Shown here: positions 29,235 through 39,283 of the stretch, piece by piece
Numbering within the stretch: position 1 is the stretch's first letter
Layout of the letters: each line of letters starts with the position of its first letter
Origin: Dehalococcoidia bacterium
Lineage (GTDB): Bacteria; Chloroflexota; Dehalococcoidia; UBA2979
Length of the DNA: 64,000 bases
Assembly (NCBI GenBank): GCA_964291495.2
Contig: OZ219872.1
Coordinates: forward strand, 672,001-736,000
Reading direction: 5' to 3'
Notes under the pieces: model-generated
What the model was told of the DNA's origin: nothing
The model's input: only the letters and a program-made list of their open reading frames with translations
The model's database searches: none
Position numbers and translations under genes: made by a program

Positions 29235-29372
29235 CGCCCTGCCGAATTCCCGCGAATGCGGGGACCGGGGGAACCACCACTTGGGGTGAACCCTCAGCAC
29301 GGAGCGACCTCCATGCGAGGGCGGGTCAACTGGATCGACCCGAACCCGTCAGCTAACCCCGGAGGCAAGGCG
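29235..29372 (+). ncRNA. Cyclic di-AMP (ydaO/yuaA) riboswitch
   Basis: Hallmark blocks GCCGAAT, GGGGGAACC, TTGGGGTGAA, CCCGAACCCGTCAGCTAACCCCGGAGGC; P1 CGCCCTGCC/GGCAAGGCG. Confidence 0.9.
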
Positions 29373-29452
29373 ATCCAGTCTCGGCCGGAGGAATTCCGGC
29401 AGGCGCCCGCCGCTGCATGGCACGCAGCGCCGGGTCGAGGCAGGGGCTGGAC

Positions 29453-29665
29453 ATGATCACGACTGCGCCTCCCAAGCAGTGCCCTCGCTGCAGCGGCCTG
29501 ATGATCACCGAGGACGACTGGTACGGGAAGTTCGCAAGCTGCATCGCTTGCGGCCACGTCCACGAGACCGAGGTTGCCGATCCTCAGGAGCTGCTCGAGG
29601 AGGAGCGGCTGGCCGCCGGCAAGCAACGCCGCCGGCAGCCGTCCCACGGCAAGCTGCGCCTGTAG
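29453..29665 (+). CDS. Small zinc-ribbon protein (70 aa)
   Basis: CPRCSG...DWYG...CIACG plus basic C-terminal tail. Confidence 0.8.
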   Translation: MITTAPPKQCPRCSGLMITEDDWYGKFASCIACGHVHETEVADPQELLEEERLAAGKQRRRQPSHGKLRL

Positions 29666-29695
29666 GCACTCCGAGGACCCAGAGCCTCACGCACT

Positions 29696-29723
29696 CTCAC
29701 CGGCTCCGCGCGGGGCCGGTGAG
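29696..29723. terminator. GC hairpin between convergent genes, possible terminator
   Basis: CTCACCGGCTCC-GCGC-GGGGCCGGTGAG; no U tract. Confidence 0.4.
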
Positions 29724-29741
29724 TCGCTGCGTCGTCCGCGG

Positions 29742-31358
29742 CTAGCCGGCCACGCCCGTCGCGCTGTGGTGCAGCAGCCAGTACTCGTACGAGTCCTGCA
29801 GGGCCAGCCATGACGCCTCGACCACGTCCGTGGAGGCGCCGACCGTGCGCCAGATGCGCACGCCGTCCGTCGACTCGATCAGCACGCGCACGGCGGCGTC
29901 CGCGCCGCCGTCGGGGTTGATGATCCGCACCTTGTAGTCCACCAGGTGCACGCGATCGAGGTCCGGGAACGACTCCAGCAGCGCGCGCCGCACCGCCGCA
30001 TCGAGGGCTGACACGGGCCCGTTGCCGTCGGCGGCGGTCTGGCTCAGCACCTCGCCGACCCGCACCTTCACCATCGCCTCGGCCAGCATCGCGTTCTCGC
30101 CCTCGCCGCGCTCGTGCTGGCGGCGCTCGACGACAAGGAAGTCCTCGAGGCTGAACGGCGCGCGGTAGCCGCCGACCGCACGGCGCACCAGCAGCTCGAA
30201 GGAGGCCTCGGCGGACTCGTACTGGAAGCCCTTCGCCTCCTGCACCTTGACCTGCTCCGCGAGGTCGCGCGCCTGCACGTCGCTCAGCTCGATGTCGACG
30301 CTGTCCTCGGCCAGCTTGGCGACGATGTTGCGCCGTCCCGACAGCTCGGAGACGAGCACGCGCTCGACGTTGCCGACCGCGCCGGGATCGACGTGCGTGT
30401 ACGAGCCGGCGGACTTCGTGATCGCCGCGACGTGCAGCCCGGCCTTGTGCGCAAAGGCGCTGGTCCCGACGTAGGGCTGCTGCGGGTTCGGCGCCAGGTT
30501 CGCCAGCTCCGAGGCGAAGTGTGAAAGGTCCGTCAGCCGCTCGAGCTGCTCGTCGCTCACCACGTCGAGGCCGAGCTTGAGCTTGAGGTTCGCGATCACG
30601 GAGATGATGTTCGCGTTGCCGCAGCGCTCGCCCCAGCCGTTGAGGCAGGCCTGCACCTGCGTCGCGCCCGCCTGCACCGCGAGCAGCGTGTTCGCCACCG
30701 CGAGGTCGGCGTCGTTGTGGACATGGATGCCGATCGCGCAGTCGATCGCGCGCAGCGCCTCGCCGACGCCCTCGACGATCGCGCCGGGCATCGAGCCGCC
30801 GTTGGTGTCGCAGAGCGTGACCGTGCCGGCGCCCGCGCCGGCGGCCGCGCGCAGCGTCGCGATGGCGTAGCGCGGGTCGTCGGCGTAGCCGTCGAAGAAG
30901 TGCTCGGCGTCGAAGACCACCTCGCGGCCCTGCTCGACCAGCACGCGCACGGAGTCGGCGATCATCGCCAGGTTCTCCTCCTCGGTGGTCTCGAGGACGT
31001 CGCGGACTTGCGCCGCGGACGACTTGCCGACAAGCGTGACGGCGGGCGTCTCGCTCTCCAGCACGGCGAGCAGCGCGGGGTCTGTCGCCGCATCGCCCCC
31101 GGCGCGCCGCGTCGAGCCGAAGGCAACGAGCTTCGCGTTCCGGAGCGGGGTCTCGCGCATGCGCGCGAAGAACTCGGCGTCCTTGGGGTTGGAGCCGGGG
31201 TAGCCGCCCTCGACGTAGTCGACGCCGATCTCGTCGAGCCGCCGGGCGATCGCGATCTTGTCCTCGACGGAGAGGGAGAGGCCCTCCATGCCGAGGCCGT
31301 CGCGGAGTGTCGTGTCGTAGAGCCGTACGCCCTGTGGCGCCGACGGGGAGCTGCTCAT
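29742..31358 (-). CDS. cimA: Citramalate synthase
   Basis: YDTTLRDG, EGGYPGSNPKD, FDAEHFFDG, LCDTNGG, SAFAHKAGLH, VSELSG, LVDYKVRI. Confidence 0.92.
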   Translation of the reverse strand: MSSSPSAPQGVRLYDTTLRDGLGMEGLSLSVEDKIAIARRLDEIGVDYVEGGYPGSNPKDAEFFARMRETPLRNAKLVAFGSTRRAGGDAATDPALLAVLESETPAVTLVGKSSAAQVRDVLETTEEENLAMIADSVRVLVEQGREVVFDAEHFFDGYADDPRYAIATLRAAAGAGAGTVTLCDTNGGSMPGAIVEGVGEALRAIDCAIGIHVHNDADLAVANTLLAVQAGATQVQACLNGWGERCGNANIISVIANLKLKLGLDVVSDEQLERLTDLSHFASELANLAPNPQQPYVGTSAFAHKAGLHVAAITKSAGSYTHVDPGAVGNVERVLVSELSGRRNIVAKLAEDSVDIELSDVQARDLAEQVKVQEAKGFQYESAEASFELLVRRAVGGYRAPFSLEDFLVVERRQHERGEGENAMLAEAMVKVRVGEVLSQTAADGNGPVSALDAAVRRALLESFPDLDRVHLVDYKVRIINPDGGADAAVRVLIESTDGVRIWRTVGASTDVVEASWLALQDSYEYWLLHHSATGVAG

Positions 31359-31455
31359 GGTCTATCGCCGTTCTGTGCTGGCGCGCTCATGGATCATCGG
31401 GCGTGCGGAAGCTATCTCGCAGGCCGTGAGCGCCGTGGAGTGGGTTTGGGGTGCG

Positions 31456-31542
31456 CTAGCCGCGCGCGATGATCGACGCCGCCGGCCTCGATGGCCGGAC
31501 GGCGTGCCTCGCCTTCCTGCGTGCAGTCGCAGCGTGCGTCAT
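31456..31542 (-). CDS. Putative leaderless cimA leader peptide (MTHAATARRKARHAVRPSRPAASIIARG)
   Basis: ATG 7 nt downstream of TACAAT (31550-31555); tandem Ile codons near the stop. Confidence 0.5.
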   Translation of the reverse strand: MTHAATARRKARHAVRPSRPAASIIARG

Positions 31543-31590
31543 GGCGATCATTGTATGCGGCGCTCGCGGGAGGGGCCAGACGCGGGGCGG

Positions 31591-32688
31591 CTACCCCGCC
31601 AACCGCTCCAAAACCGCCTCTGCCATCTCGCGCGTGCCGAGCGCGTCCTCGCCCGCGCCGGCGATGTCCGCGGTGCGCAGGCCGTCGCCGATCGTGGCCG
31701 CGACCGCGGCCTCCAGCGCCTGTGCCTCCGCCTCGAGGCCGCACGAGTGGCGCAGCAGCATCGCCGTGCAGAGGAACATCGCCAGCGGGTTGGCGGCGCC
31801 CTGGCCGGCGATGTCGGGCGCGCTGCCGTGGATCGGTTCGTAGAGCCCGCGCCCGCAACCGTCCTCGCGGACCTCGCCGAGCGAGGCCGAGGGCAGCATC
31901 CCCAGCGACCCCGCAAGCATCGAGGCCTCGTCCGTCAGGATGTCGCCGAAGAGGTTGCTGGTGATCACCACGTCGAAGTCCGCGGGCCGGCGGATCAGGT
32001 GCATCGCCGCCGCGTCCACCAGCACGTGTTCGAGCTCGACGTCGGGGTACTCGGGCCGTACCTCCTCGACCACCTCGCGCCAGAGCCGCGAGGTCTCGAG
32101 GATGTTCGCCTTGTCCACGCTCGTCACGCGGCCGCGCCGCGCGCGCGCCAGTTGGAAGCCGAGGTGCGCGACGCGCGCGATCTCGTCCTCGTCGTAGGTC
32201 ATCGAGTCGACCGCCGCGCGGCGGCCCTCCGGTGTGCGCCGCCGCTCCTGAGGCCGGCCGAAGTAGATGCCGCTCGTCAGCTCGCGGATCACGAGGATGT
32301 CGACGCCGCGCAGCACCTCGGGCTTGAGCGTTGAGCTGTCGATCAGCGCCGGGTCGACCGTGACCGGGCGCAGGTTCGCCCAGAGGCCGAGCGCGGAGCG
32401 CAGCGCCAGCAGGCCCTGCTCCGGGCGCACGCTGGCGCGCGGGTCGTCCCACTTCGGGCCACCGACGGCGCCCCAGAGCACCGCGTCGGCGCGCTCGGCC
32501 GCCTCGATCGTCTCGGGCAGGATCGCGATGCCGTGCGCGTCGATGCAGGCGCCGCCGACCAGCTCCTCGCTCGTGCGGAAGTCGTGGCCGAAGCGCGCGC
32601 CGATCGCTTCGAGGGCGCGCACGCCCTCGGCGGTCACTTCCGGCCCGATGCCATCGCCCGGCAGTACGAGGATGTCGAACTCGGCCAC
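31591..32688 (-). CDS. leuB: 3-isopropylmalate dehydrogenase
   Basis: [57 protein letters not shown]. Confidence 0.96.
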   Translation of the reverse strand: MAEFDILVLPGDGIGPEVTAEGVRALEAIGARFGHDFRTSEELVGGACIDAHGIAILPETIEAAERADAVLWGAVGGPKWDDPRASVRPEQGLLALRSALGLWANLRPVTVDPALIDSSTLKPEVLRGVDILVIRELTSGIYFGRPQERRRTPEGRRAAVDSMTYDEDEIARVAHLGFQLARARRGRVTSVDKANILETSRLWREVVEEVRPEYPDVELEHVLVDAAAMHLIRRPADFDVVITSNLFGDILTDEASMLAGSLGMLPSASLGEVREDGCGRGLYEPIHGSAPDIAGQGAANPLAMFLCTAMLLRHSCGLEAEAQALEAAVAATIGDGLRTADIAGAGEDALGTREMAEAVLERLAG

Positions 32689-32730
32689 GCCGTCCTCCTT
32701 GCGCGCGGGCGGAGTGTAGCGCGGGGCGGG

Positions 32731-33627
32731 CTAGCGTCTATCGCGCCGCGTGGCGGCGGCGGCTTTCGCGGCGATGACACGCATGCCCGCGCGCGGATCG
32801 GGTTGGCCACCGAGGTCGACGTCGAAACGGACCTGCCAGACCGGTAGCGCTTCAACGTAGAACGCGGCGCGGCGGCGCATGTCGGGGTCACGGCTCGCCG
32901 GGCCGCCATACGCGGCGATCACCTGCTCGGCGAAGGCACGCGGGCACTCGGCGATCAGCGCCGCGAAGTCGTACGCGGGATCGGCGATCCGCGCCTCGGC
33001 CCAGTCGATCACACCCGTCAGCCTTCCGGCCCCGCTCGCCAGCAGGTGACTGCACGCCAGATCCCCGTGCACGAGCACGCGCGGGGCTCCGCGCGAGCCG
33101 CCGCCCTCGGTGAACGCGGCGAAGCGCCGCTCGAGCCATGCGCGCCCGCGCGGCCCGAGGCGTGGAAGGGACGCCTCGATCATCGGACGGTACAGCTCCT
33201 CGCCGAGGTCGATCTCTGGTACGCCCGGCGCGCGCGCCTCCTCGACGGGCACGGCGTGCAGCGTCGTCAGCATCGCGGCTACCTCGCGCGCGAGCGCCGC
33301 CCGCGCCGTGCGGCCGAGGGCGCCGACCGTGACGCCCTCGACGTAGTCGTAGGAGACGGCTGCGAGCCGCCCTTCGTCGCTGAGGATTGCCTCGGAGTTG
33401 GCGGGCGTGGGGATGCCCCGGCCCGCAAGCATGGCGTACAACGCGGGCTCGCGCGCGTAGCCCGCCTCGATGCTCCAAGCGTAGGCTCGCGGATTGAGCA
33501 CGCGGACGGTGCGGTCGCCGAGGCGGTAGGCGGTGGCGCCCCAGCCCTCGCCGATGACGCGCCCGCTCGCGGGGTCGGCGCCGGGAACGGCGCGGGCGAG
33601 GACGGCGGCGTGGTCGGGCGTGGTCAG
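32731..33627 (-). CDS. Aminoglycoside phosphotransferase (APH/choline kinase-like) family protein
   Basis: LVHGDL, GVIDW, DPAYDFA; frame extends upstream of the 33501 GTG through IGEGWGATAY to a CTG overlapping the leuD stop. Confidence 0.82.
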   Translation of the reverse strand: MTTPDHAAVLARAVPGADPASGRVIGEGWGATAYRLGDRTVRVLNPRAYAWSIEAGYAREPALYAMLAGRGIPTPANSEAILSDEGRLAAVSYDYVEGVTVGALGRTARAALAREVAAMLTTLHAVPVEEARAPGVPEIDLGEELYRPMIEASLPRLGPRGRAWLERRFAAFTEGGGSRGAPRVLVHGDLACSHLLASGAGRLTGVIDWAEARIADPAYDFAALIAECPRAFAEQVIAAYGGPASRDPDMRRRAAFYVEALPVWQVRFDVDLGGQPDPRAGMRVIAAKAAAATRRDRR

Positions 33628-34220
33628 TCCGCCGTCACCGTGGGCAGCAGCGGCGATCGCGACTGCTCGAAGCGCTCGACGTCGGCCTCGTACTCGAGCG
33701 TCATCCCGATGTCGTCGAGGCCGCGCAGCAGGCGGTACTTGCGGAACGCGTCGATCTCGAAGCTGCGCTCCCAGCCGGGGCCGGCACGCACCATCTGCGT
33801 CTCGAGGTCAACCTCGATCTCCGCGTCGGGCGTCTCCTCGGCGCGCGCCATCAGCCAGTCGACGTCCTCCTGCGCCAGCTCCACCGTCAGGACGCCGCCC
33901 TGGAAGCAGTTGTTCTTGAAGATGTCGGCGAAGGAGGGCGCGATCAGCGCGCTCACGCCGAGGCCCTGGATCGCCCACACCGCGTGCTCGCGGCTGGAGC
34001 CGGAGCCGAGGTTCTGCTGCGCGATCAGGATCGGCGCGCCCTCGTAGGCCGGGTTGTTGAGCACGAAGTCGGGGTCGGCGCGCCAGGCCTCGAAGGCGAA
34101 CGGGCCGTAGCCCGTGCGCTCGATGCGCTTGAGGTACTTGGCGGGAATGATCTGGTCGGTGTCGACGTTGGCGCGGTTGAGCGGGATCGCCTTCCCGACG
34201 ACGCGGCTGACGGGGTCCAT
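33624..34220 (-). CDS. leuD: 3-isopropylmalate dehydratase small subunit
   Basis: NVDTDQIIP, GSGSSREHAVW, SFADIF, GLDDIG. Confidence 0.95.
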   Translation of the reverse strand: MDPVSRVVGKAIPLNRANVDTDQIIPAKYLKRIERTGYGPFAFEAWRADPDFVLNNPAYEGAPILIAQQNLGSGSSREHAVWAIQGLGVSALIAPSFADIFKNNCFQGGVLTVELAQEDVDWLMARAEETPDAEIEVDLETQMVRAGPGWERSFEIDAFRKYRLLRGLDDIGMTLEYEADVERFEQSRSPLLPTVTAD

Positions 34221-35674
34221 CAGGCCAGCTCCCTCACATCGACGAAGCGGCCGGCGATCGCCGCCGCCGCCGCCATCGGCGGGCTCACCAGGTGCGTGCG
34301 GCCGCCCGGCCCCTGCCGGCCCTCGAAGTTGCGGTTGGAGGTGGAGGCGCAGCGCTCGCCCGGCAGCAGGATGTCCGGGTTCATGCCGAGGCACATCGAG
34401 CAACCGGCGTCGCGCCACTCGAAACCCGCCGCCGTGAAGATCGCGTCGAGGCCCTCCTGCTCCGCCTGCGCCTTCACGAGGCCGGAGCCGGGCACGACCA
34501 TCGCGTGCACGCTCGATGCGACCTGCTTGCCCTCGACGATGCTCGCCGCCGCGCGCAGGTCGTCGATGCGCGCGTTCGTGCAAGAGCCGAGGAACACGCG
34601 GTCGATCGCGATCTCGCGGATCGGCGTGCCGGCCTCGAGGTCCATGTACTCCAGCGCGCGCGTCGCCGCCTCGCGGCGGCTCGGCTCGTCGAAGCTCGAC
34701 GGGTCGGGCACCACGTCGCCGATCTGGACGCTCTGTCCGGGGTTCGTGCCCCAGGTGACGAAGGGCTCGATCGCCGCGCCGTCGAGGACGACCTCGCGGT
34801 CGAAGCGCGCGCCCTCGTCGGTGGGCAGGGTGCGCCAGTACTCAACCGCCTGCTCCCAGGCCTCGCCCTGCGGGGCGCGGGGGCGGCCCTTCACGTACTC
34901 GAAGGTGGTCTCGTCCGGGGCGATCAGGCCGGCGCGCGCGCCGCCCTCGATCGACATGTTGCAGACCGTCATGCGGCCTTCCATCGAGAGGCTGCGGATC
35001 ACCTCGCCGCGGTACTCGATGACGTAGCCGACGCCGCCGTCGACGCCGATCTCGTTGATGATCGCGAGGATCACGTCCTTCGCCATGACGCCGGGGCCGA
35101 GCTGCCCCGTGACCTCGACCGACATCGTCAGCGGGCGCGACTGGCGCAGCGTCTGCGTCGCCAGCACGTGCTCGACCTCGGACGTGCCGATGCCAAAGGC
35201 GAGCGCGCCGAAGGCGCCGTGCGTCGAGGTGTGGCTATCGCCGCAGACGATGGTCAAGCCCGGCTGGGTCACGCCCTGCTCCGGCCCGATCACGTGCACG
35301 ATGCCCTGGCGCGTGTCGAAGATGCCGTACAGCTCCAGCCCGAACTCGCGGCAGTTGTCGGACATCACCTGGATCTGCGTCGCCGAGAGCGGATCCGGGT
35401 TCGGCTGGTCCCGCCCGATCGTCGGCACGTTGTGGTCGACGGTCGCGAGCGTGAGGTCCGGGCGGCGCACCGTGCGGCCGGACAGGCGCAGCCCCTCGAA
35501 GGCCTGCGGCGAGGTCACCTCGTGCACGAGGTGCAGGTCGATGTAGAGCAGGTCGGCCTGCGGGCCCGCGTCCGCCTCGGCGCCGAGCGCCTCGCGGCGG
35601 GCGGCGTCGGCGAGCGGACTCTCGACGACGTGCGCGTCCCAGATCTTCTCGGACAGCGTGCGCGGCTCGGTCAT
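34220..35674 (-). CDS. leuC: 3-isopropylmalate dehydratase large subunit
   Basis: [48 protein letters not shown]. Confidence 0.97.
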   Translation of the reverse strand: MTEPRTLSEKIWDAHVVESPLADAARREALGAEADAGPQADLLYIDLHLVHEVTSPQAFEGLRLSGRTVRRPDLTLATVDHNVPTIGRDQPNPDPLSATQIQVMSDNCREFGLELYGIFDTRQGIVHVIGPEQGVTQPGLTIVCGDSHTSTHGAFGALAFGIGTSEVEHVLATQTLRQSRPLTMSVEVTGQLGPGVMAKDVILAIINEIGVDGGVGYVIEYRGEVIRSLSMEGRMTVCNMSIEGGARAGLIAPDETTFEYVKGRPRAPQGEAWEQAVEYWRTLPTDEGARFDREVVLDGAAIEPFVTWGTNPGQSVQIGDVVPDPSSFDEPSRREAATRALEYMDLEAGTPIREIAIDRVFLGSCTNARIDDLRAAASIVEGKQVASSVHAMVVPGSGLVKAQAEQEGLDAIFTAAGFEWRDAGCSMCLGMNPDILLPGERCASTSNRNFEGRQGPGGRTHLVSPPMAAAAAIAGRFVDVRELA

Positions 35675-35740
35675 CCGTACTCCCGTCTCCTGCAGCGCCG
35701 CCCATTCTACGAGCCAACGCTTGACTGCCGCAGCGCACTC

Positions 35741-35876
35741 CCTCCGGTCCCCTCTCCCCGAGGGAGAGGGTTAGGGTGAGGGCGCCTCCGACGCCACGTT
35801 GCGCCATCGGGGGTCTCGGGGTGGGCGGTAGGCCTCCCCCTCACCCCCGCCCTCTCCCCAAGGAGAGGGGCCGGCT
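35741..35876. repeat. Inverted pair of BoxC-like palindromes between leuA and leuC
   Basis: CCCTCTCCCCGAGGGAGAGGGTTAGGGTGAGGG ... CCCTCACCCCCGCCCTCTCCCCAAGGAGAGGG. Confidence 0.85.
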
Positions 35877-35901
35877 TCTCACTCCCGTCCGGCCGCCGGA
35901 G

Positions 35902-37443
35902 CTAGCTCACCGCCGCGGCCTGCGGCGTGGTCGTGTTGAGGTAGCGGTTGAGCGCGTGCATGTAAGCGCGCGCCGAGGCCACGAGGATGTCCGTGTCGGC
36001 GGCGCGGCCCGTGTAGGTGCGACTCCCCACCTCGATCCGGATCGTGACCTCGCCGACGGCGTCGATGCCCTCGGTCACGGACTTCACGCTGAACTCCGTC
36101 AGCTCGTTCTCGACGCCCATCACGCGGTTGATCGCCTGGTAGATCGCGTCCACCGGGCCGGTCCCGATGGCGGCGTCCTGCTGCAACTCGCCCTCGGGGT
36201 CCACCAGCCGCACCGTCGCCGTCGGGGAGGAGTGGTCGCCCGCCGAGACCTGCACGAGGTCGAGCTGCCACTGCTCGCGGACCTGCACCTGCGCCTGCTC
36301 GCTGAGGATCGCCTGCAGGTCGCGGTCATCCACCTCGTCCTTGCGGTCGGCGACGTCCTTGAACGCCTCGTAGACGCGGTCGAGCGCCTCGTCGTCGAGG
36401 TCCACGCCGAGGTCGGCGATGCGCGAGCGCAGGCCGTGGCGGCCGGAGACCTTGGTCAGCACGATCGAGTCGCCCGTGGGGATGCCGATGTCGGCCGGGT
36501 CCATGATCTCGTAGGTCTCGCGCAGCTTGAGCACGCCGTCCTGGTGGATGCCCGAGGAGTGGCGGAAGGCGTTCTTGCCGACCACCGCCTTGTTGGACTG
36601 CACCGCCATGCCCGAGACGCGCTCGACGATGCGGCTCGCCTGGTGCAGCTCGGGCGTGTTGACGTCCGTGTGGAGGCCGGCGAAGTCGGCGCGGGTCTTG
36701 ATCGCCATGATCACCTCCTCGAGAGAGGTGTTGCCCGCGCGCTCGCCGATGCCGTTGATCGCGCCTTCCACCTGGCGCGCTCCGTTGAGCACGCCCGACA
36801 GCGAGTTCGCCGTCGCCAGCCCGAGGTCGTTGTGGCAGTGCACGGAGATGCGCGCCTTGTCGATGTTCCGCACGTTCGCCGCCACCGAGGCGATCAGGTC
36901 GCCGAATTCAGGCGGCAGCGCATAGCCGACCGTGTCCGGGATGTTGACCGTCGTCGCGCCCTCCTCGATCGCCGCCTCGAGCAGCTGGTAGACGAAGTCC
37001 GAGTCGGAGCGCGTGGCGTCCATCGGCGAGAACTCGACGTCCGGGCAGTAGCCGGCGGCGCGCGCGACGGCGGCGCGCGCCATCTCCATCACGTCCTCGC
37101 GGTTCTTGCGCAGCTGGTGCGCCATGTGGATCTCGCTGGCCGAGATGAAGACGTGGATCCGAGGCGTCTCCGCCTGCGAGACCGCGTTCCAGCACGAGTC
37201 CACGTCGTCCGGGTGCGCCCGCGCGAGGCCCGCGATCATCGGGCCGCGCACCTCGCGTGCGATCAGCGAGACGGCCTCGAAGTCCCCCGGCGAGGAGAAC
37301 GGGAAGCCCGCCTCGATGATGTCCACGTTGAGGCGGGCGAGCTGCCGCGCCACCTCGAGTTTGTCCTCGATCGTGAAGCCCACGCCGGCGGATTGCTCGC
37401 CGTCGCGGAGCGTGGTGTCGAAGATATAGACCTTGTCGCTCAT
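35902..37443 (-). CDS. leuA: 2-isopropylmalate synthase
   Basis: FDTTLRDGEQ, NIPDTVG, HCHNDLG, GERAGN, HSSGIHQDG. Confidence 0.96.
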   Translation of the reverse strand: MSDKVYIFDTTLRDGEQSAGVGFTIEDKLEVARQLARLNVDIIEAGFPFSSPGDFEAVSLIAREVRGPMIAGLARAHPDDVDSCWNAVSQAETPRIHVFISASEIHMAHQLRKNREDVMEMARAAVARAAGYCPDVEFSPMDATRSDSDFVYQLLEAAIEEGATTVNIPDTVGYALPPEFGDLIASVAANVRNIDKARISVHCHNDLGLATANSLSGVLNGARQVEGAINGIGERAGNTSLEEVIMAIKTRADFAGLHTDVNTPELHQASRIVERVSGMAVQSNKAVVGKNAFRHSSGIHQDGVLKLRETYEIMDPADIGIPTGDSIVLTKVSGRHGLRSRIADLGVDLDDEALDRVYEAFKDVADRKDEVDDRDLQAILSEQAQVQVREQWQLDLVQVSAGDHSSPTATVRLVDPEGELQQDAAIGTGPVDAIYQAINRVMGVENELTEFSVKSVTEGIDAVGEVTIRIEVGSRTYTGRAADTDILVASARAYMHALNRYLNTTTPQAAAVS

Positions 37444-37531
37444 CGTTCCGTCACTGTCCTCACCCGTGCCGCTGCTGCTCGTGCGGGCGTTCCGTCGTCA
37501 CGCCCTCGCTCTCCGGAGCCCTCCCAGCCGC

Positions 37532-37624
37532 TCACGCGGCGGAGGGCCGGAGAAGCATGAGGCCGCCCGGTAGGGCGAGGGCGGCGCGGACGCCACCGGC
37601 GGACGCGAGGACGAGAGAGGACAT
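37532..37624 (-). CDS. Putative Leu-rich leader peptide of leuA (MSSLVLASAGGVRAALALPGGLMLLRPSAA)
   Basis: ATG 2 nt after the ilvC stop; 7 Leu codons; 3' end lies in a long hairpin (37509-37555). Confidence 0.6.
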   Translation of the reverse strand: MSSLVLASAGGVRAALALPGGLMLLRPSAA

Positions 37625-37626
37625 CG

Positions 37627-38625
<999 letters not shown>

Positions 38626-38692
38626 GTCTCGTCCTCTCCGCGCCGCGCTCCCGACTGGCCCGGGTGGCCGGCGTCGCCCGCTCCGCGGGCCG

Positions 38693-39283
38693 CTAGTCGC
38701 TTACGTACGGCAGCTCGCCCGCCGGCCGGCGGCCGGAGCTGTGGCGGAAGCGCTGCAACTCCTCGGACTCCGGGTCGTGCACGGCGGTGGTCTGGTCGCC
38801 CCGCAGCATCGCGATCCGGCCCGTGCGGGTCAGCTCGAGGATCCCGTACGGCTCGAGGTTCTCGATCAGCGAGTTGAACTGCCGCTCCTCCGCGACGATC
38901 TGGATGATCAGGCTGCCCGGCGCGACGTCCACCGCGCGCGCCCGGAAGATGTCGACCAGGTCCAGCACCTCGCGGCGCTGCTCCGTAGTGCACGCCACCT
39001 TGATCAGCGCCAGCTCGCGGATCACCGCGTCCTCGCCGGTCAGGTCGGCGACCTCGACCACGTCGATCAGCTTCGCGAGCTGCTTCTGCACCTGGTCGAC
39101 GATGCCGTTCTCGCTCGCGACGACGATCGTCATGCGCGAGATGCCCGGCTCCTCGGTGGTGCCGACGGCGAGCGAGTCGATGTTGAAGCCGCGCCGGCGG
39201 AACAGCGAAGCGACGCGGTTGAGGACGCCGGGGCGGTCCTCGACGAGCGCGACGACGGTGTGCTTGCGCAGTTCGCCGCTCAT
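38693..39283 (-). CDS. ilvN: Acetolactate synthase small subunit
   Basis: [45 protein letters not shown]. Confidence 0.95.
   Translation of the reverse strand: MSGELRKHTVVALVEDRPGVLNRVASLFRRRGFNIDSLAVGTTEEPGISRMTIVVASENGIVDQVQKQLAKLIDVVEVADLTGEDAVIRELALIKVACTTEQRREVLDLVDIFRARAVDVAPGSLIIQIVAEERQFNSLIENLEPYGILELTRTGRIAMLRGDQTTAVHDPESEELQRFRHSSGRRPAGELPYVSD

Noticed and set aside
28987-29372. Cobalamin riboswitch for cobT-cobS-cobU
   Set aside because: No B12-box recognised on the minus strand; the structured RNA here is on the plus strand and matches the ydaO class
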